From positions 1-32,214 of the forward strand of contig JACPZV010000102.1 of NCBI GenBank assembly GCA_016195295.1: a stretch of 32,214 nucleotides of DNA, in the 5' to 3' direction. Of the stretch, positions 1 through 9,444 are shown in pieces (position 1 is the first letter of the stretch; each line of letters starts with the position of its first letter). This DNA is from Acidobacteriota bacterium (GTDB lineage: Bacteria > Acidobacteriota > Vicinamibacteria > Vicinamibacterales > CAVVIG01). The notes beneath the pieces were generated by a model. The model did no database searches. It had not been told where the DNA came from and saw only the letters and a program-made list of their open reading frames with translations. The position numbers and the translations under genes were made by a program.

Positions 1-1870
1 CGTGGCGGTTCAAGAGCGACAGCCTTGGTCCGCGTCCCGAGTATCAATTCGAATCCACGCCGCTGATGGCGAAGGGCGTGGTGTATTCCACCGCGGGCTC
101 GCGGCGCGCCGTCATCGCGCTCGACGCGGCGACGGGCGAGCTGTTGTGGATGCACAGCGAGAACGAAGGCGCGCGCGGCGCGGCGGCGCCGCGGCAGCTT
201 TCTGGCCGTGGACTCGCGTACTGGACCGACGGCCCAGTAGGAAATAATGCGCGGATTCTCTACGTCACCCCGGGCTATCGGCTGATTGCTCTCGATGCGA
301 AGACCGGCGTCCCGGTCACGAGCTTCGGCAAGAACGGCGTCGTCGATCTGAAGCTCGATGATGACCAGGACATGGATCTGATCACGGGCGAGGTCGGGCT
401 GCATTCCACGCCCATCGTCGCGAAGAACGTCGTCATCGTGGGCGCCGCGCACAAGACGGGCGCGAATCCCAAGAGCCGGCGCAACGAGAAGGGGTACGTG
501 CGCGGCTTCGACGTCCGCACCGGCAAGCGTCTCTGGATCTTCCACACCATCCCGCAGCCGGGCGAGTTCGGCCACGACACGTGGGAAAAAGATTCGTGGT
601 CGTACACCGGCAACGCTGGCGTCTGGGCGCAGATTTCCGTGGACGAGGAGCTCGGCCTCGTCTACCTGCCGGTGGAGCTGCCGACGGGCGACTACTACGG
701 CGGTCATCGTCCGGGGAACGGCTTGTTCGGCGAAAGCCTCGTCGCGGTCGATCTTCAGACGGGCAAGCGGAAGTGGCACTACCAGCTCGTGCACCACGGC
801 ATCTGGGACATGGACATTCCGTGCGCGCCGATTCTGGTCGACATCACCGTGAACGGCCGTGCGATCAAGGCCGTCGCGCGCAGCCGACGAAGCAGGCGTT
901 CCTCTACGTGTTCAACCGGGAAACCGGCGAGCCGGTGTGGCCGATCGAGGAACGTCCCGTGGCGAAGGGCGACGTCCCCGGCGAGTGGTACTCGCCCACG
1001 CAGCCGTTTCCCACCAAGCCGCCGGCGTACGATCGCCAGGGCGTGTCGGTCGACGATCTCCTCGACTTCACGCCGGAGCTGCGCGCCGAGGCGTTGAAGG
1101 TGATCGAGCGCTACAAGATCGGACCGATCTTCACGCCGCCGGTCGTCAGCAAAGTCGAAGGTCCGCTGGCGACGCTGACGTCGGGCTTCGCCACGAACTG
1201 GCCGGGCGGATCGTACGATCCCGAGACGCACATCGCGTACATCTACTCGCAGAGCGGCGCGAGCCCGCTCGGACTGGTGCCGCCGCCCGACAACATGTCG
1301 GACATGAACTACATTCAGGGCAACGCGCTGAGCGGCGCGCGACGCACGGGCGGATCCGGATCGGCCGCGGGCGGCGGACGTACTGGCGAGACACCGGCAG
1401 CCGCGGTGGCCCCGGCCGGAGAGGGTGGCGGCGGAGGCGGCTTCAACGTCCGCGGCCTTCCGCTGCTGAAGCCGCCCTACGCGCGGATTTCAGCGATCGA
1501 TCTGAACAAGGGCGAGATTCTCTGGCACATCGCGCACGGCGAGACGCCGGACAACGTGCGCAACAATCCCGCGCTGAGGGGGATGACCATCCCGCGCACC
1601 GGCCGGTCGGGTCTCATCGGCCCGCTGGTGACGAAGACGCTGCTCATCGCCGGCGAAGGCGGCGTGTTCATGACGCCGAACGGCCAGCGCGGCGCGATGC
1701 TGCGCGCGTATAACAAGGTGGACGGCAAGGAAGTCGGCGCCGTCTACATGCCCGCGCCGCAAAGCGGATCGCCGATGACGTACATGTTTAACGGCAAGCA
1801 GTACATCGTTCTCGCGATCAGCGGCGGGAATTATTCAGGCGAGCTGCTGGCGTTCAAACTGCCGGGATAG
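1..1870 (+). pseudogene. PQQ-dependent (quinoprotein) dehydrogenase, beta-propeller family. The 5' end lies outside the window and the frame is broken by 2 extra nt at 879-880.
   Basis: The frame starting at nt 3 reads WRFKSDSLGPRPEYQFESTPLMAKGVVYSTAGSRRAVIALDAATGELLW...ITVNGRAIKAVA up to nt 878. The frame of ORF 581..1870 continues from nt 881 with QPTKQAFLYVFNRETGEPVWPIEERPV... to TAG at 1868-1870. The two halves read as contiguous family sequence. Only 'cg' at 879-880, inside gtcGCGCGCag, separates them. Confidence 0.85.
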
Positions 1871-1877
1871 AGTTTCA

Positions 1878-1903
1878 GCCGGGTCCGAAAGGACCCGGCC
1901 TAC
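1878..1903 (-). repeat. REP-like GTAG-headed hairpin, family 1 (GTAGGCCGGGTCC-TTTC-GGACCCGGC)
   Basis: Perfect 9-bp stem GCCGGGTCC/GGACCCGGC with a 4-nt loop, read on the minus strand with a 5' GTAG. It sits between two convergent gene ends and could also act as a bidirectional terminator-type hairpin. Confidence 0.8.
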
Positions 1904-2103
1904 TCGGGGAACTTCTGCCAGTCTTCCAGCGGCTGCGGCCCGGGCTTGATGCCTTCAAGGTCCGGGTCGGAGCCATCGGCCCGCGCGGGCGCGTTGGCTT
2001 TCCGTTCCGCGGCTTCCTGACGGCGGGCTTGTTTTTCCGTGCGTCGCTCCTGGCGCTGGCGTTCCCGCTGGCGCTTCTGCTGTGATGGACGGGACTTGTT
2101 CAC
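1900..2103 (-). CDS. Hypothetical small (67 aa) highly charged protein; GTG start inferred
   Basis: This is the C-terminal part of ORF 1900..2418(-): VNKSRPSQQKRQRERQRQERRTEKQARRQEAAERKANAPARADGSDPDLEGIKPGPQPLEDWQKFPE. The only in-frame start codon that does not overlap the helicase gene is GTG at 2103-2101. Third-position GC is high, which fits coding sequence. I recognise no Shine-Dalgarno sequence and no homology. Confidence 0.35.
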   Translation of the reverse strand: MNKSRPSQQKRQRERQRQERRTEKQARRQEAAERKANAPARADGSDPDLEGIKPGPQPLEDWQKFPE

Positions 2104-2149
2104 AGACCAATTGTACGACGACTTTACGGTCCGGTCATAATGGTCTGTG
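2101..2149. promoter_or_regulatory. 9-bp perfect inverted repeat CACAGACCA-N31-TGGTCTGTG spanning both divergent GTG starts. A CATAAT -10-like hexamer lies at 2136-2141.
   Basis: The reverse complement of 2141-2149 equals 2101-2109. The outer 3 nt of each arm are the putative GTG starts at 2147-2149(+) and 2103-2101(-). CATAAT ends 5 nt before the helicase GTG. Confidence 0.4.
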
Positions 2150-3436
2150 CCGTTTACCGGTCTCGGCCTGCATCCCAGCCTGCTCCAGGGCCTCAGGGAC
2201 CTCGGGTTCTCGCGTCCCACGGCGATCCAGTCCGACGCGATTCCGCGCGTGCTCGAGGGCCGCGACCTGCTGGCCTGCGCGATGACCGGAAGCGGAAAGA
2301 CGGCGGCGTTTTTGCTGCCGATCCTGCATCGGCTGATCGAGAAATCCCGCGGCACCACCCGTGCGCTCGTCCTGACGCCCACGCGTGAGCTGGCCGCGCA
2401 AATCGTCGAGGACCTCAACGACCTGGCCGTTCACACGCCGCTGACGGCGGCGGCGGTGTTTGGCGGCGTCGGGATGGGGCCGCAGGAGCACGCCTTCCGC
2501 AGCGGCGTCGACGTCATCGTCGGCACGCCGGGCCGGCTGCTCGATCATTTCCGATCGCCGTACGCGAAGCTCGCGGGACTGCAGTATCTCGTGCTCGACG
2601 AAGCCGACCGCATGCTGGACATGGGGTTTCTCCCGGACATTCGCCGCGTGCTCCGTCATCTGCCGACGCGACGTCAGACGCTGTTCTTCAGCGCCACGAT
2701 GCCGCCGCCGATCGTCCGGTTGTCGCAGGAGATGCTGCGCGCGCCCGCCACGATCAACCTCGAGCGGCGGGCGGCGCCGGCCGTGGGGATCACGCACGCC
2801 ATCTATCCGGTGCCGCAGCACCTCAAGCCCGCACTGCTGCTGCATCTGCTGCGCGGCGACGAGATGAACGACGCGCTCGTCTTCACGCGCACGAAGCATC
2901 GGGCGAACCGCCTGGCCCGGTACCTCGGCGACCACGGCCTGGCCGTCGAGCGGATTCACGGCAACCGCTCGCAGAACCAGCGCACGGAAGCGCTCGCGGG
3001 ATTCAAGAACGGCAAGTACCGCGTGCTCGTCGCGACCGACATCGCGGCGCGCGGCATCGACGTCACGGCGCTCGGCCACGTCGTGAACTTCGATGTGCCG
3101 CTGGTGCCCGACGACTACATTCACCGCGTGGGCCGGACGGCACGGGCCGAACTGACGGGGGCGGCGTTTACGCTGGTCTCGCCGGAAGAAGAGGGGAGCC
3201 TGCGCGGCATCGAGCGGACCATCGGTCACGGGTTGCCGCGCGTCACGCTGCCCGACTTCGACTACGCGGGCCGGCCGCCGGCGAATCTCGATCATCGGCC
3301 GCCGCGACCGCAGCCCGCGCGGCACTCCAGTCATTCCAGTCATCCACATCACTCCCACCGTCCGCGGCCGTCGAATTATCCGTCCCGTCCGTCGCGGGGC
3401 CGGTCATGGGCCGGCCGAGGCCGCCGGCAGCCATGA
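2147..3436 (+). CDS. rhlE: DEAD-box ATP-dependent RNA helicase (RhlE-like) with a basic, His-rich C-terminal tail
   Basis: Q motif GFSRPTAIQ, motif I AMTGSGKT, Ia PTRELA, II DEAD, III SAT and VI HRVGRTAR are all present in order. The start is GTG at 2147. Confidence 0.93.
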   Translation: MPFTGLGLHPSLLQGLRDLGFSRPTAIQSDAIPRVLEGRDLLACAMTGSGKTAAFLLPILHRLIEKSRGTTRALVLTPTRELAAQIVEDLNDLAVHTPLTAAAVFGGVGMGPQEHAFRSGVDVIVGTPGRLLDHFRSPYAKLAGLQYLVLDEADRMLDMGFLPDIRRVLRHLPTRRQTLFFSATMPPPIVRLSQEMLRAPATINLERRAAPAVGITHAIYPVPQHLKPALLLHLLRGDEMNDALVFTRTKHRANRLARYLGDHGLAVERIHGNRSQNQRTEALAGFKNGKYRVLVATDIAARGIDVTALGHVVNFDVPLVPDDYIHRVGRTARAELTGAAFTLVSPEEEGSLRGIERTIGHGLPRVTLPDFDYAGRPPANLDHRPPRPQPARHSSHSSHPHHSHRPRPSNYPSRPSRGRSWAGRGRRQP

Positions 3437-4581
3437 CGACGCCGGCGTACCCGGCGGCACGCGCGGTCGCGCCGGAGGTACACGCGCATTTCGCTCAGCA
3501 CGCGGCGGAGGCACGGCGGCGCGGCCAGAACAACGTCGCCGCGACGCCGGATGCCGTGACGATCGAAGCGATCATCGACGCGGCGTTCTGGGCCAGCCTG
3601 CGGCGCGAGGAAAGTTACGTCCCGAAGATCTCGCTCGCGTTCGTCTCGCCCAACTCCGCCGACCACCCGCTCGTTTTCGAGCGCCCGCTCAAATTGGATC
3701 CGGGCGCGCTCGCCAAAGTGGCGCCGGCCGTCGAGCGCCCGGGGATCCACTTGGGCGTCTGGCCGGCGCGGGATGATGGCGGGGCGCTGAGCGTGTGGGG
3801 CACGATCCGCGCGATACCGCCGCTCTGCATGGTGGTCGAGGTCGCGGCGCCAGGTCTGCTCGTCGTAAAGCATCATCGCGGCGACGAAGCCGGAAAGTTC
3901 GTGAACGTCGCGGTCATCGAAGGCGATCAGATCAAGGTCGTGGATGAACGCGCGTCGAGTCTGCCCGACTGTCCGCCGCTGCTGACGTCGCTGCTCGGAT
4001 TCGATTCGCCCGCGACGTGGGTCGATTCGGTCAACGTGCTCGTGCAGCTCGCCGTCTCGATGCGCGCGCACGGCCGCGGCGGGTCGCTGCTCGTGGTGCC
4101 CGACGCCAGCGAGACGTGGCAGGAGTCCATCGTGCGGCCGATTCCGTACGCGGTCGTGCCGGCGTTCGCCGAGCTCGCCCAGTTGAGCCGCGAGACGCCC
4201 GACGCGTCGCGCAAGCGCGCCTGGCGCGAGGCCGTCCAGCGCACGGTCAACGCGGTGGCCGGTCTCACCGCGGTGGACGGGGCCGCCATCGTGACGACCG
4301 GCTTCGAGCTGCTCGCGTTCGGCGCGAAGATCGCGCGACGCAAAGGCGCCGCCCAAGTGGAACAGGTGACGATGACCGAGCCCATCGTCGGCGGGACGGC
4401 GGCGCTGATGAATCCGTCGCAGCTTGGCGGCACGCGGCATCTGTCCGCGGCGCAGTTCGTCCACGACCAGCGCGACGCCGTGGCGCTCGTCGCGTCGCAG
4501 GACGGACGCTTCACGGTCTTCGCGTGGTCGCCGTGCGAGGGCATGGTCCACGCGCACCGCGTCGAAGCGCTGCTGCTGTAG
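3433..4581 (+). CDS. Diadenylate-cyclase-like (DisA_N/DAC fold) protein with an uncharacterised N-terminal domain of about 200 aa
   Basis: ATG at 3433 overlaps the helicase TGA (ATGA). The C-terminal half carries the DAC landmarks in order. GGSLLVVPD corresponds to GALIVI and VDGAAIV holds the DGA motif. GGTRHLSAAQF sits at the RHR motif position but reads RHL. DAVALVASQDGRFTVF corresponds to DAxxIVVSEETGxIS. The N-terminal domain may be of the DACNV sensor type; I cannot verify that without an HMM search. Confidence 0.65.
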   Translation: MTTPAYPAARAVAPEVHAHFAQHAAEARRRGQNNVAATPDAVTIEAIIDAAFWASLRREESYVPKISLAFVSPNSADHPLVFERPLKLDPGALAKVAPAVERPGIHLGVWPARDDGGALSVWGTIRAIPPLCMVVEVAAPGLLVVKHHRGDEAGKFVNVAVIEGDQIKVVDERASSLPDCPPLLTSLLGFDSPATWVDSVNVLVQLAVSMRAHGRGGSLLVVPDASETWQESIVRPIPYAVVPAFAELAQLSRETPDASRKRAWREAVQRTVNAVAGLTAVDGAAIVTTGFELLAFGAKIARRKGAAQVEQVTMTEPIVGGTAALMNPSQLGGTRHLSAAQFVHDQRDAVALVASQDGRFTVFAWSPCEGMVHAHRVEALLL

Positions 4582-4585
4582 CTTC

Positions 4586-6238
4586 ATGCCGACTGGAGCC
4601 CCCGCGATCTCTCAGGCAGCGAAGATCGCGCTGTCGGCCGCGCTTCTTTTCGTCGTGCTGTTCTGGCGTCTCGGCGCCCCGACGTTCTGGGATCCCGATG
4701 AGGCGCACTACGCCGAAACGACCCGCGAGATGATCGCCACCGGCGACTGGTGGGCGCCGTACTACAACGCGCAGCCATTCTTCGACAAACCCGTCCTGTT
4801 TCATCAACTCCAGGGCGCGGTGATGCTCGTCTTCGGTCAGACGGAGTTGGCGGCGCGCGTGGTACCCGCCGTGGCGGCGTTAGCCCTCATTGCGATCACT
4901 GTCTGGTTTGGGTCCACCGTGGGCTCACTCGAGATCGGCATAGTGGCGGGTCTGCTGCTGGCCGCGAATCCCGGCGTCTTCGCGCTGGCGCGCTACGCCA
5001 TTCTCGATACGCTCTTCACCATGTTTCTGTTCGGCGGCGCGGCGGCGCTCGCTCTCGCCGCCCTTCACGAGCGGCCGCGGTGGCAGTGGGTCGGTTACGT
5101 GGGCATCGCGCTCGCGGTGATCATGAAAGGCCCCCTTGCACTGGTGCTTTGCGGTCTGACGCTGGCGCTCGCCATCGTCGTGTCCGCCGATCTTCGGCGA
5201 CGACTGCTGGGTCTGCGATGGCTCGTCGGCCTCGGGCTGGTTGTCGCCGCGTCCGCGCCGTGGTTCATCTATATGTACGTGCGGTTCCGCCAGGATTTCG
5301 TGAACGGCTACTTCCTCGACGAGAACGTCCGCCTCTTTAGCTCGAACCGATTCGGGAACCAGCCGGGTTTCTTCTTCTACTTCGAGATCCTCGCGACGGG
5401 CCTGCTCCCGTGGACCGGCGTGCTGGTAGGCCGCCTCGTCGACGACGCTCGTTCGGTCGCGCGCGGCGAGCGCTTAGGCGGCGCGGAAGTTCTCTTGTGG
5501 GCGTGGACGACGGCGATCGTGGGCTTCTTCTCGCTCTCGACATTCAAGCTCGATCACTACGTGTTTCCGGCCGCGCCGTCGATCTGCCTGCTGTGCGCGT
5601 GGGCCTGGTCGGATGTGCGCGCGCAGCCGTTTGCCTCGGCGCACGTGTGGTCGCGGCTCGGGCTTCTGCTCGTGGGGCCAATCTTGATCTGCTTGGGCCT
5701 CGGCTCTGCGTACTTCCTACGGACGCGGCTGGCCTTGCCGAGCGCGACGATGCTGGCGCCGGTCGCGATCATGCTGGCGGGCGCGGGACTGACGCTGGTC
5801 GCCGGTCTCCGGCGGAACGCGCCGTGGATCGTCAGTGCGGCCGTGGTCGTCACCTACGCGGTCGTCGTGGCCGTCGTGATGCCGGCGCTCGAGCGGCAAA
5901 AGGTGACGGCGGAGGTCGCGCGGTTCGTCGCGAGCCGTGTCCGCGCGACCGACCGCGTCGCGAGCTACCGGCTGAATCGCTGGAATCCGTCGTTCCGCTT
6001 CTACGTGAATCACGACACGACGTTCCTCGACGAGCCCGCGGAAGCCGTGGCGTTTTTCAGCCAGCCGCCGCCGTTCTACGGCGTGATGCTACGCGAGGGC
6101 TACGACGATCTCGTCGCGCGCGGCGCACCGCTGCGGATTGTCGCGGAGCGCGACGGCTTGTGGGTCACGACCGGCCGTGCGCTCTGGCGCGAGTTCACGC
6201 CGACGGCGCGCTTCGTCGTCGTGACGAAGGCGCAGTAA
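4586..6238 (+). CDS. GT-C fold membrane glycosyltransferase (family 39/83, ArnT/PMT-like)
   Basis: The protein is multi-pass hydrophobic. The first-loop signature WDPDEAHYAE...FFDKPVL is typical of ArnT/PMT-type enzymes. ATG at 4586 lies 5 nt after the upstream stop. Confidence 0.85.
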   Translation: MPTGAPAISQAAKIALSAALLFVVLFWRLGAPTFWDPDEAHYAETTREMIATGDWWAPYYNAQPFFDKPVLFHQLQGAVMLVFGQTELAARVVPAVAALALIAITVWFGSTVGSLEIGIVAGLLLAANPGVFALARYAILDTLFTMFLFGGAAALALAALHERPRWQWVGYVGIALAVIMKGPLALVLCGLTLALAIVVSADLRRRLLGLRWLVGLGLVVAASAPWFIYMYVRFRQDFVNGYFLDENVRLFSSNRFGNQPGFFFYFEILATGLLPWTGVLVGRLVDDARSVARGERLGGAEVLLWAWTTAIVGFFSLSTFKLDHYVFPAAPSICLLCAWAWSDVRAQPFASAHVWSRLGLLLVGPILICLGLGSAYFLRTRLALPSATMLAPVAIMLAGAGLTLVAGLRRNAPWIVSAAVVVTYAVVVAVVMPALERQKVTAEVARFVASRVRATDRVASYRLNRWNPSFRFYVNHDTTFLDEPAEAVAFFSQPPPFYGVMLREGYDDLVARGAPLRIVAERDGLWVTTGRALWREFTPTARFVVVTKAQ

Positions 6239-6267
6239 GATTGACGTTTCTTGAGCGGAGACCTCCG

Positions 6268-9200
6268 ATGCTTCGAAAGTCTGTCTTGGTCGTGCTCGGC
6301 TTGTCGGTGGCGAGCGTCCTGTCGATCGTTCCGACGAAGGTGACCGCGCAGCGCAGTGGCGCTCCGACCCAAACGGCTGACGCAGGGCCGTTCGGTGCGC
6401 TGCGCTGGCGCAGCGTGGGTCCCAATCGTGGCGGGCGATCGCTCGCCGCGGGAGGCAGCGTCGCGCGGCCGTACGAATACTACATGGGCGCGACGGGCGG
6501 CGGCTTGTGGAAGACGACCGACGGCGGCACGACGTGGCAGCCGGTGACCGACGGTCACATCTCGAGCTCGTCGGTCGGCGCCGTGGCCGTCGCCGCGTCG
6601 AACCCGGACATCGTGTACATCGGCACGGGCGAGGCCGACATCCGCGGCAACATCATTCAGGGCGACGGCGCGTACAAGTCGATCGACGCCGGAAAAACGT
6701 GGACGAAGATCGGCCTGACGGACACGCAGAACATCTCGCGCATCCGCGTTCATCCGACGAATCCCGATCTGGTGTACGTGGCGGCGTTCGGTCACCACGC
6801 CGCGCCGAATCCGGATCGCGGCGTTTTCCGCTCGAAGGACGGCGGCAAGACGTGGGAGAAGATCCTCTTCCGCGACAACAGGACGGGCGCGATCGAGATC
6901 GTCCTCGACCCGAACAATCCTCAGGTCGTGTACACGGCGCTCTGGGAGGCGTACCGCAATTCGTGGGAGATGTCGAGCGGCGGTCCGGGCAGCGGCGTGT
7001 TCAAGAGCACGGACGGCGGCGATCACTGGACGGAGATTTCGCGCAACCCGGGCCTGCCGAAGGGCATGCTCGGCAAGATCGGTCTTTCGGTGTCTGGCGC
7101 CGATTCGAATCGCGTCTACGTCCAGATGGAAGCCGAGGACGGCGGCTTTTTTCTCTCAGACGATGCGGGCGCGACCTGGACGAAAGTGACCGAGCGCCGG
7201 GATCTGCGTCAACGCGCGTTCTACTACTCGCGCGTTTACGCCGATCCGCTGGTGAAGGACACAGTCTACGTGCTGAACGTCAACTTCATGAAGTCGGTAG
7301 ACGCGGGTAAAACGTGGACGACAGTGCGGCCCCCACACGGCGATAACCACGATCTGTGGATCGCCGCGAACGATTCCAAGCGGATGATCGAAGCCAACGA
7401 CGGCGGCGCGAACGTATCAGTCAGCGGCGGCGAGACGTGGACCGCCGAAACGATGCCGACCGCGCAGTTTTATCACGTCATCACGACGGCGCACGTGCCG
7501 TACCATGTCTGCGGCGCGCAGCAGGACAACAGCACCGCGTGCGTCTCGAGTCAAGCTTCACAAGGCGGCCCGGGCGGGTCCGGCGGCGATGCCGATCGCG
7601 TGTTCTACTCGGTCGGCGGCGGCGAGAGCGGCTACATCGCCGGCGATCCGCGGACGCCGGACGTGTTCTACGCCGGCAGCTACGGCGGCCTGATCACGCG
7701 CCTCGATCGGCGGACCGGACAAGAGCGGCAAATCAATCCGCATCCGGACAACCCGATGGGCTACGCATCGGCCGACATCGCGGAACGCTTTCAGTGGACG
7801 TTCCCGATTGTGATGGCGCCGACCAACCCCGGCATCCTCTACGTCGGCTCGCAACACGTCTGGCGATCCACGAACGAAGGGCAGAGCTGGACGATCATCA
7901 GCCCGGATCTGACGCGTCACGATCCGAAAACGATGGGCGCGTCCGGCGGACCCATCACGAAGGACAACACCGGCGTCGAGACCTACGCGACGGTGTTCAC
8001 GATCGCGCCGTCGGCGAGAGATGCCAACGTCATCTGGACAGGTTCAGACGATGGCTACGTTCAGGTGACGCGGAACGGTGGCACGTCCTGGACCAACGTC
8101 ACGCCGAAGGATCTGCCGGACTTTGCCCGCATCAGCCTGGTCGAGGCGTCGCCCCTCCGAGCGGGCACGGCATACGTGGCCGCGAACCGCTATCAGCAGG
8201 ACGACTTCGCGCCCTACGTGTACCGTACAGACGATTACGGCGCGACGTGGACGAAAATTACCACCGGCGTGGTCGCGACGGATTTTGCTCGCGCGATTCG
8301 TGAAGATCCGAAGCGCGCGAAACTGCTGTATCTCGGGACGGAACACGGCATCTACGTTTCGTTCGATGATGGTGCGAACTGGCAATCGTTGAAGCAGAAC
8401 CTGCCCGACACGCCCGTGCACGACATCGCGTTTGACAACGCCGCGCGCGACCTCGTGATCGCCACGCACGGCCGCGGGTTCTACATCATGGACAAGATCT
8501 CGCCGCTGCGTCAGGGCGGCATTCAGACGACCAGCAACTTCCATCTGTATAAGCCGGAGGACGCGCTGCGCGGTCTCGACCGCGGGCTGGCGGTGGATTA
8601 CTACCTGAAGACGGCCGTGCAGAAAGTGACGATGGAGTTTCTCGACGGTCAAGGCAAGGTGATCCGCACGTTCACCGGTACACCCGCCGACGCCGAGCGC
8701 CGACCGCCTCCGCCGAGCGAGGATGGGGGATTCGGCCGTCCACCTGAACCGCACCCGGCGGTCAGCGCCGGACTGCATCGCCTGAACTGGGATATGCGAT
8801 ACGCCGGCGCGACGGATTTCCCCGGGATGATCATGTGGGCGGCAAACTCACGCGGCCCACAGGCGCCGCCCGGGGCGTACCAAGTGCGCGTGACCGCCGA
8901 CGGTCAGGCTGAAACGCAGTCGTTCTCGATTCGGCGCGAGCCGCACGTCCTGAAGGACGTGTCCGATCAGGACCTGCGCGAGCAGTTCGACCTGGCGATT
9001 CAGATTCGCGACAAGGCGAGCCAGGCGAACGAGGCGGTCCTGCTGATTCGCGGCATCAAGGCACAGATTCAGGATCGGAAGAAGGACGCGAAGGCGGCGC
9101 CGGAGGTGCGTGCGCTCGACGATCTCGAGCAGACGCTCAGCGCGGTGGAAGGTGAGATCTATCAAGTGAAACTGCAGAGCAGCCAAGATCCGCTGAACTT

Positions 9201-9444
9201 CCCGATCAAACTGAACAACAAGATCGCCGCGTTGCAGGGCGTCACCGAGAGCGCGGACGTGCGGCCGACCGAGCAGGTCTACAGTGTGTTCCGGACGCTC
9301 GTGGGACGGCTGGATCAGCAGCTCGCGAAACTGGACGCGGCGGTGAAAACGAAGATGCCGCCGGTCAATCAGACGCTGCAGCGGCAGCAACTGCCGCCGC
9401 TCAAGGCGGAGCCGCTGAAAGTAGAGGCGAAGCCGACGCCGTAG
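6268..9444 (+). CDS. Secreted BNR/Asp-box repeat protein (sortilin/VPS10- or xyloglucanase-like beta-propellers), 1058 aa
   Basis: Signal peptide MLRKSVLVVLGLSVASVLSIVPTKVTAQ, with GGAG 8 nt upstream of the ATG. There are more than 10 Asp-box motifs of the SxDxGxTW type, including TTDGGTTW, SIDAGKTW, SKDGGKTW, STDGGDHW, SDDAGATW, SVDAGKTW, STNEGQSW, TRNGGTSW and TDDYGATW. Confidence 0.9.
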   Translation: MLRKSVLVVLGLSVASVLSIVPTKVTAQRSGAPTQTADAGPFGALRWRSVGPNRGGRSLAAGGSVARPYEYYMGATGGGLWKTTDGGTTWQPVTDGHISSSSVGAVAVAASNPDIVYIGTGEADIRGNIIQGDGAYKSIDAGKTWTKIGLTDTQNISRIRVHPTNPDLVYVAAFGHHAAPNPDRGVFRSKDGGKTWEKILFRDNRTGAIEIVLDPNNPQVVYTALWEAYRNSWEMSSGGPGSGVFKSTDGGDHWTEISRNPGLPKGMLGKIGLSVSGADSNRVYVQMEAEDGGFFLSDDAGATWTKVTERRDLRQRAFYYSRVYADPLVKDTVYVLNVNFMKSVDAGKTWTTVRPPHGDNHDLWIAANDSKRMIEANDGGANVSVSGGETWTAETMPTAQFYHVITTAHVPYHVCGAQQDNSTACVSSQASQGGPGGSGGDADRVFYSVGGGESGYIAGDPRTPDVFYAGSYGGLITRLDRRTGQERQINPHPDNPMGYASADIAERFQWTFPIVMAPTNPGILYVGSQHVWRSTNEGQSWTIISPDLTRHDPKTMGASGGPITKDNTGVETYATVFTIAPSARDANVIWTGSDDGYVQVTRNGGTSWTNVTPKDLPDFARISLVEASPLRAGTAYVAANRYQQDDFAPYVYRTDDYGATWTKITTGVVATDFARAIREDPKRAKLLYLGTEHGIYVSFDDGANWQSLKQNLPDTPVHDIAFDNAARDLVIATHGRGFYIMDKISPLRQGGIQTTSNFHLYKPEDALRGLDRGLAVDYYLKTAVQKVTMEFLDGQGKVIRTFTGTPADAERRPPPPSEDGGFGRPPEPHPAVSAGLHRLNWDMRYAGATDFPGMIMWAANSRGPQAPPGAYQVRVTADGQAETQSFSIRREPHVLKDVSDQDLREQFDLAIQIRDKASQANEAVLLIRGIKAQIQDRKKDAKAAPEVRALDDLEQTLSAVEGEIYQVKLQSSQDPLNFPIKLNNKIAALQGVTESADVRPTEQVYSVFRTLVGRLDQQLAKLDAAVKTKMPPVNQTLQRQQLPPLKAEPLKVEAKPTP

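Noticed and set aside
1369-1445. Gly-rich insert in the PQQ dehydrogenase (GGSGSAAGGGRTGETPAAAVAPAGEGGGGGGF) as a possible repeat expansion or foreign insertion
   Set aside because: It is in frame, flanked by conserved propeller sequence, and has a composition consistent with a disordered loop. There is no nucleotide-level tandem repeat beyond a short GGC/GGA run.
2135-3358. Long antisense ORFs on the six-frame track. Examples: 2135..3358(-), 3376..4587(-), 6100..7026(-), 8044..8778(-), 13873..14841(-), 15513..16316(+), 21995..22921(+), 25100..26662(+), 29034..30806(+).
   Set aside because: These are Arg/Ala/Pro/Gly-rich shadow ORFs, typical of the opposite strand or an off frame of real genes in high-GC DNA. 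Each overlaps a gene with clear family motifs. None shows recognisable motifs of its own.
3300-3436. His/Ser/Pro/Arg-rich tail of the helicase (HSSHSSHPHHSHRPRPS...RGRSWAGRGRRQP) as a separate feature or a metal-binding peptide
   Set aside because: Basic low-complexity C-terminal extensions are usual in RhlE-type helicases. The tail is in frame and continuous with the helicase core.
5410-6267. N-terminal 286 residues of the 1344-aa ORF 5410..9444
   Set aside because: This part is off-frame read-through of the glycosyltransferase gene. The real start is ATG at 6268, which has a Shine-Dalgarno sequence and a signal peptide.
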